Below are positions 27,658 to 32,000 of a stretch of DNA of 32,000 nt, piece by piece. Location: contig NZ_CP034549.1 of the NCBI RefSeq assembly GCF_003966335.1, forward strand, positions 2,370,001 to 2,402,000, in the 5' to 3' direction. The DNA is from Nonlabens ponticola (lineage in GTDB: Bacteria; Bacteroidota; Bacteroidia; Flavobacteriales; Flavobacteriaceae). A program made the translations under genes and the position numbers. The notes under the pieces were generated by a model, which made no database searches, had not been told where the DNA came from, and saw only the letters and a program-made list of their open reading frames with translations. Numbering within the stretch: position 1 is the first letter of the stretch; every line of letters starts with the position of its first letter.

Positions 27658-29211
27658 TTATTTAGATCCACCTAGATGCACGCAATCCTTGAGATGCTGC
27701 ATGCTTTGAAAAGCGACAGGTGATTTTTGATATTTGTATGTGTATTCCAGCGTTTGGGTCATGTTGTTGTCACCTATACTCACATCTACATCACGCATAT
27801 CAAATTGGCATGGATGCTCATAACCGGCAGCATGTGTAATTTCCAACACTTCTTTATTGAATTTCTTAAAATAGCTAGCAAGTCGATCTGCTTTTTCTGG
27901 AACGACGATTCCTCGCTGCAACCACTTGTTTTGAGTAGCAACACCAGTAGGACAGGTATTATTATGACAAGCCTTTGCCTGAATACAGCCTATGGAAATC
28001 ATCGCCTCGCGAGCTACATTGATACAATCGGCACCCATAGAAAATGCCATCGCGGCTTTGGCAGGAAAACCTAATTTACCACTAGCTACAAAGACAATAT
28101 CATCAGTCATATCTCTAGCTTGAAATACTTGATATAAGCTGGAAAAACCGTAGACCCATGGTAGCGAGACGTGATCTGCAAAACTAGGTGGAGCCGCACC
28201 AGTGCCGCCTTCACCACCATCTATAGTTATAAAATCCGGGCCTTTACCTGTCACTTTCATGATATCTGCCAGTTCTTCCCATTGTTCTAGCTTGCCTATC
28301 GCCGCTTTAATTCCTACGGGCAATCCTGTTTCTTGCGCTATGCTTTCTACAAACTCAACCAGACCATCGATGCCTTCAAAAGCTGTGTGCGATGGTGGTG
28401 ATAGCACATCTTTACCCATAGGTACATTGCGTATCTCACTAATTTCTTTGGTTATTTTAGAACCTGGCAGTACGCCACCTTTTCCAGGTTTGGCACCTTG
28501 CGATAATTTTACCTCAATCGCACGCACTTGTGGATGATCTTTTACTAGCTGCTTGAGTTTTTCCATGGAAAAGTTTCCATCGTCATCTCGCACGCCAAAG
28601 TAACCCGTACCAAAATGAAAAACCACATCTGCACCGCGCTTATGGTATGGTGACAAACCACCTTCACCAGTGTTGTGGTAAGCATGTACTTTTTTGGCAC
28701 CATGATTCATCGCATCAATAGCCTTGGCGCTCAAACTACCGTAACTCATGGCACTAATATTAATGATGCTGGCAGGACGGTATGGTCTTTTTCTGTTTTT
28801 GGCCGCGCCCATGACCTTGGCACAAGGAACAAAATCTGGCTCTTTATCTACCTGACTTCCTTTCTCAACCTTAAAAGGCACCATGGCGTTATTGATAAAA
28901 ATGTATTGGTGCGAGTAAATATCCCGATCAGTTCCAAAGCCCTCGTAGTTATTCTCATCCTTGGCACTTGCATAAATCCAACCACGCTCAATTCTATTAA
29001 ATGGTAATTCCTCGCGATTATTTGCTACAATATATTGGCGTAATTCTGGGCCAATGCTCTCCAGCCAGTAACGCGCATGACCTACCACAGGAAAATTGCG
29101 CAGAATGATATGATTCTTCTGGAAAATATCTCGGATTGCTACTAGAACAATAAAAAACAACAGATACCAATACCACGCGATACTACCCAAAAACTCTAAT
29201 ACAGATTCCAT
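27658..29211 (-). CDS. FMN-binding glutamate synthase family protein (stand-alone GltS FMN-domain homologue), membrane anchored
   Basis: 517 aa. N-terminal TM (IAWYWYLLFFIVLVAI), central TIM-barrel motifs typical of the glutamate synthase FMN domain (ISAMSYGSLS, KLSQGAKPGKGG, DFITIDGGEGGTGAAP) and a C-terminal Cys cluster CHNNTCPTGVATQ. Confidence 0.8.
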   Translation of the reverse strand: MESVLEFLGSIAWYWYLLFFIVLVAIRDIFQKNHIILRNFPVVGHARYWLESIGPELRQYIVANNREELPFNRIERGWIYASAKDENNYEGFGTDRDIYSHQYIFINNAMVPFKVEKGSQVDKEPDFVPCAKVMGAAKNRKRPYRPASIINISAMSYGSLSAKAIDAMNHGAKKVHAYHNTGEGGLSPYHKRGADVVFHFGTGYFGVRDDDGNFSMEKLKQLVKDHPQVRAIEVKLSQGAKPGKGGVLPGSKITKEISEIRNVPMGKDVLSPPSHTAFEGIDGLVEFVESIAQETGLPVGIKAAIGKLEQWEELADIMKVTGKGPDFITIDGGEGGTGAAPPSFADHVSLPWVYGFSSLYQVFQARDMTDDIVFVASGKLGFPAKAAMAFSMGADCINVAREAMISIGCIQAKACHNNTCPTGVATQNKWLQRGIVVPEKADRLASYFKKFNKEVLEITHAAGYEHPCQFDMRDVDVSIGDNNMTQTLEYTYKYQKSPVAFQSMQHLKDCVHLGGSK

Positions 29212-29297
29212 TTAAATTTTAATAGAGCCTAAAAGTACGATATGCCTGTGGGTTTTTCATAATCGTCTATCGATGCAATAAGGCTTGTTTTGATTAC

Positions 29298-29311
29298 GCT
29301 TTCGCGAAAGC
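29298..29311. repeat. Iterated palindrome copy 8 (intergenic, divergent promoter region)
   Basis: Exact 14-mer. The 23-nt TTACGCTTTCGCGAAAGCATAAT (29294-29316) is identical to copy 1. Confidence 0.95.
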
Positions 29312-29430
29312 ATAATCACCCGAATCGAACTAACAAAAAACAAGAATCATCGTGGATAAAAATCTCACTGCACGCTGGTTGAAACGAAAGCCAAAACGTA
29401 TCTTGTACATCGCCATAAATTTCACCCGAT

Positions 29431-31764
29431 TTGCAAGACTATTTATCCCAACTTAATGAGGCTCAACGACTTCCCGTTTTACAAAAGGAAGGACCCATGA
29501 TTGTAATTGCTGGTGCAGGCTCTGGAAAAACCAGGGTTCTCACGTTGCGCATCGCCTACTTGATGCAACAAGGCGTAGATCCGTTCAATATCCTCGCACT
29601 TACCTTTACTAACAAGGCAGCACGTGAGATGAAAAAGCGTATTGCAGATATCGTGGGACAAAGCGAAGCCAAGAATTTGTGGATGGGAACCTTTCACTCG
29701 GTTTTTGCTCGTTTGTTACGCATGGAAGCAGACAAGCTGGGCTACCCATCGAACTTCACCATTTATGATTCTCAAGACTCGCAACGTTTGACCAGCGCGA
29801 TTATTAAGGAAATGGGACTGGACAAGGATGTGTATAAATACAAGCAAATATTTTCGCGTATTTCCAGCATGAAGAACAATCTGATCACGGTGCGCGCTTA
29901 TTTCGCCAATCCAGAATTGATCGAGGCAGACGAGATGGCTCGCAGACCACGTTTTGGCGAGATCTATAGAGAATATGTCGAGCGTTGTTTTAAGGCTGGC
30001 GCGATGGATTTTGATGATTTATTGCTTAAAACCAACGAGCTAATCAATAGATTTCCCGATGTGCTAGCAAAATACCAACATCGATTCCAGTACATACTGG
30101 TGGATGAGTATCAGGATACTAATCACTCGCAATATTTGATTGTTAAGGCGCTATCAGACAAGTTTCAGAATATTTGTGTGGTAGGTGACGATGCACAGTC
30201 TATATATGCTTTTCGAGGTGCGAACATCAATAACATTCTCAATTTTCAGCGAGATTATGATAATGTGCAGGCTTATCGTCTTGAGCAGAATTATCGATCC
30301 ACCAAAAATATTGTCGAAGCCGCAAATTCCATTATAGAGCACAACAAAACTAAACTTGACAAAGTAGTCTGGACGTCTAACACAGATGGTCCCAAAATCG
30401 TGGTGCATCGACTCATGAGCGATGCAGAAGAAGGTAGATATGTTGCCAGCAGTATCTGGGAAAACAAGATGAACCACCAGCTCACCAATGATAAGTTTGC
30501 TATCCTGTATCGCACAAATGCACAGTCGCGTGCGATGGAGGACGCGTTGCGCAAGCGTGATATTCCTTATCGTATTTATGGCGGATTAAGTTTTTACCAG
30601 CGTAAAGAAGTAAAGGATGTGCTGTCCTATTTGAGATTGATTGTCAATCCTAAGGATGAAGAAGCACTTAAAAGAGTCATTAATTATCCAGCGCGAGGTA
30701 TAGGCGCCACTACTATGGATAAACTGATCGTTGCTGCCAAACAATACGACCGCAGCATCTTTGAAGTGATTGAAAATATTGATAGAGTTGACATAAATAT
30801 CAACGGCTCTACCAAAACCAAGCTGCGCAACTTTGCCACCATGATCAAGAGTTTTCAAGCACTTGAGGAAACTCAAAATGTATTCGAACTCACAGAGTAT
30901 GTCATCAAGAAAAGTGCATTACTAACTGAGCTTAAAAAAGACGGTACCCAAGAAGGTATCTCTCGCATAGAAAACATCGAGGAACTGCTCAATGGTATGC
31001 GAGATTTTGTAGAAGGACAAAAAGAAGTCGATGAAGCGCGAGGCTCATTGGCAGAATTCCTGGAAGATGTCGCCCTCGCAACAGATCTTGATAATGATAA
31101 AGGTGATCAAGATCGTGTGTCACTTATGACCATTCACCTATCTAAAGGACTGGAATTCCCGTATCTATATATAGTAGGGCTGGAAGAAGACTTGTTCCCT
31201 AGTGCCATGAGTATGAATACTCGTGAGGAATTGGAGGAAGAACGCAGACTCTTTTATGTAGCTCTCACACGTGCAGAACATCAAGCGTATTTAACGTACA
31301 CATTAAGTAGATACCGTTGGGGAAAATTAGTGGATGCGGAACCCAGCCGTTTTATAAATGAGATTGACGAGAAGTATCTTGAGTACACCACGCCTATGGA
31401 TGATTACCGCTATAAAAGCGCGCTTACCGATCATCTATGGGACGAACCAGACAAATCAAAACTGCGTCAGAGTAAGCCCAAGAATGGGACGCCACCTACA
31501 GTCAACAAACCTAGCGAAGAACAAATACGCAAATTGCGTAAAATGAGACCAGTCTCTACGGCAGATTCTAACGCCAATAGAAAACCAGGTTTTGAAGGCA
31601 AACTGGAAGCTGGAATGATTGTGGAGCACGCACGTTTTGGCCGTGGTGAGGTTGTCAACCTTGAAGGCGTTGGCGGCGAAAGAAAAGCAGAGATTAATTT
31701 CAAGGTTGGTGGTTTGAAAAAATTATTACTACGTTTTGCAAAATTGGATGTTGTTGATTCTTAA
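29431..31764 (+). CDS. uvrD: ATP-dependent DNA helicase, UvrD/PcrA/Rep family
   Basis: 777 aa. LNEAQRLPV, Walker A AGAGSGKT, VDEYQDTN, YRSTKNI and a C-terminal GRGEV...F Tudor-like tail. TTG start at 29431, needed to keep the conserved N-terminal Q-motif region. Confidence 0.9.
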   Translation: MQDYLSQLNEAQRLPVLQKEGPMIVIAGAGSGKTRVLTLRIAYLMQQGVDPFNILALTFTNKAAREMKKRIADIVGQSEAKNLWMGTFHSVFARLLRMEADKLGYPSNFTIYDSQDSQRLTSAIIKEMGLDKDVYKYKQIFSRISSMKNNLITVRAYFANPELIEADEMARRPRFGEIYREYVERCFKAGAMDFDDLLLKTNELINRFPDVLAKYQHRFQYILVDEYQDTNHSQYLIVKALSDKFQNICVVGDDAQSIYAFRGANINNILNFQRDYDNVQAYRLEQNYRSTKNIVEAANSIIEHNKTKLDKVVWTSNTDGPKIVVHRLMSDAEEGRYVASSIWENKMNHQLTNDKFAILYRTNAQSRAMEDALRKRDIPYRIYGGLSFYQRKEVKDVLSYLRLIVNPKDEEALKRVINYPARGIGATTMDKLIVAAKQYDRSIFEVIENIDRVDININGSTKTKLRNFATMIKSFQALEETQNVFELTEYVIKKSALLTELKKDGTQEGISRIENIEELLNGMRDFVEGQKEVDEARGSLAEFLEDVALATDLDNDKGDQDRVSLMTIHLSKGLEFPYLYIVGLEEDLFPSAMSMNTREELEEERRLFYVALTRAEHQAYLTYTLSRYRWGKLVDAEPSRFINEIDEKYLEYTTPMDDYRYKSALTDHLWDEPDKSKLRQSKPKNGTPPTVNKPSEEQIRKLRKMRPVSTADSNANRKPGFEGKLEAGMIVEHARFGRGEVVNLEGVGGERKAEINFKVGGLKKLLLRFAKLDVVDS

Positions 31765-31917
31765 TTGAGTTATTCTTATTAAATCACACGTTCCCTAGAG
31801 AAATTCGCAGTGATTTAGAGGTCAAATCTTAAAATTTGATGTTTTGAATCATTAATATTCATAACGAATTGCGATGCTGGCAATCTTCACGACTTTAGCC
31901 AGCTTAATTTGTGATGT

Positions 31918-32000
31918 ATGAATAATGCCTTTATTAAAGGAACTGGATCTTATGCTCCAGAAAATGTAGTGAAAAATGATTTTTTTGAATCCGTAGGATC
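31918..32000 (+). CDS. fabH: Beta-ketoacyl-ACP synthase III; only the 5' end lies in the window
   Basis: My own translation reads MNNAFIKGTGSYAPENVVKNDFFESVG, which matches the typical FabH N-terminus (I-x-G-T-G-S-Y-x-P-E-x-V-V-x-N-D). Only 27 codons are visible. Confidence 0.6.
   Translation, partial: MNNAFIKGTGSYAPENVVKNDFFESVG

Noticed and set aside
6904-29311. Interpreting the iterated palindrome as a REP/BIME, MITE or terminator family
   Set aside because: Five of the eight copies are inside intact ORFs. The core is only 14 bp and not a multiple of 3. I see no target-site duplications or terminal inverted repeats around a larger unit, and no T-tracts follow the copies. A Rickettsia-palindromic-element-style in-frame insertion of the 24-bp form remains a minor alternative and is listed under the findings as testable.
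22806-31764. The RecG and UvrD-family helicases as components of a novel defence system
   Set aside because: Both have full canonical housekeeping architectures and motifs. They are single-copy-looking, not adjacent to each other, and not flanked by nucleases, methyltransferases or other defence-type partners.
1-32000. CRISPR arrays, tRNA/rRNA genes, IS elements, integrases and prophage genes
   Set aside because: I looked for direct-repeat/spacer periodicity, cloverleaf-like GC-rich segments in the intergenic regions, and transposase- or integrase-like ORFs. I found none. Most intergenic regions are too short (about 220 bp or less) and AT-rich; the 530-bp gap at 10890-11422 is treated separately in the findings.

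Overview
The window looks like an ordinary chromosomal segment from a Flavobacteriaceae-type (Bacteroidota) genome. Support for that placement: several exact TAnnTTTG -7 boxes, no Shine-Dalgarno sequences, a TonB-dependent receptor with a carboxypeptidase-regulatory-like N-terminus, and an OmpA protein with thrombospondin-type-3 repeats. All function calls come from motifs I recognise in the supplied translations; no database search was possible.

Layout:
- 1-9365, almost all minus strand: a nucleotide-sugar precursor block (wecC partial, wecB, WbpO/TviB-like dehydrogenase, WbpP/TviC-like 4-epimerase, rfbC, rfbA, rfbB, ugd). One plus-strand membrane-protein gene of unknown function interrupts it.
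- 9588-10889: OmpA-family protein, followed by a 530-bp gap with no ORF.
- 11423-21372: housekeeping genes. A pabB-tilS-dsbD operon, a TonB-dependent receptor, lpd and a type II NADH dehydrogenase.
- 21493-32000: an ECF sigma factor with a membrane partner, recG, an M1 aminopeptidase, a membrane-anchored FMN glutamate-synthase-like protein with a small partner, a uvrD/pcrA-type helicase, and the start of fabH.

I saw no tRNA, rRNA, CRISPR array, IS element or recognisable defence island.

The one unexplained signal is a perfect 14-bp palindrome, GCTTTCGCGAAAGC. It occurs 7 times exactly and once with a single mismatch, roughly every 2-4 kb between 6.9 and 29.3 kb. Five copies lie inside unrelated housekeeping ORFs and together use all three reading frames without disrupting any of them. 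Three copies are intergenic. About 1e-4 copies would be expected by chance. This resembles a highly iterated palindrome or an uptake-sequence-like genomic word, not a REP/MITE element.
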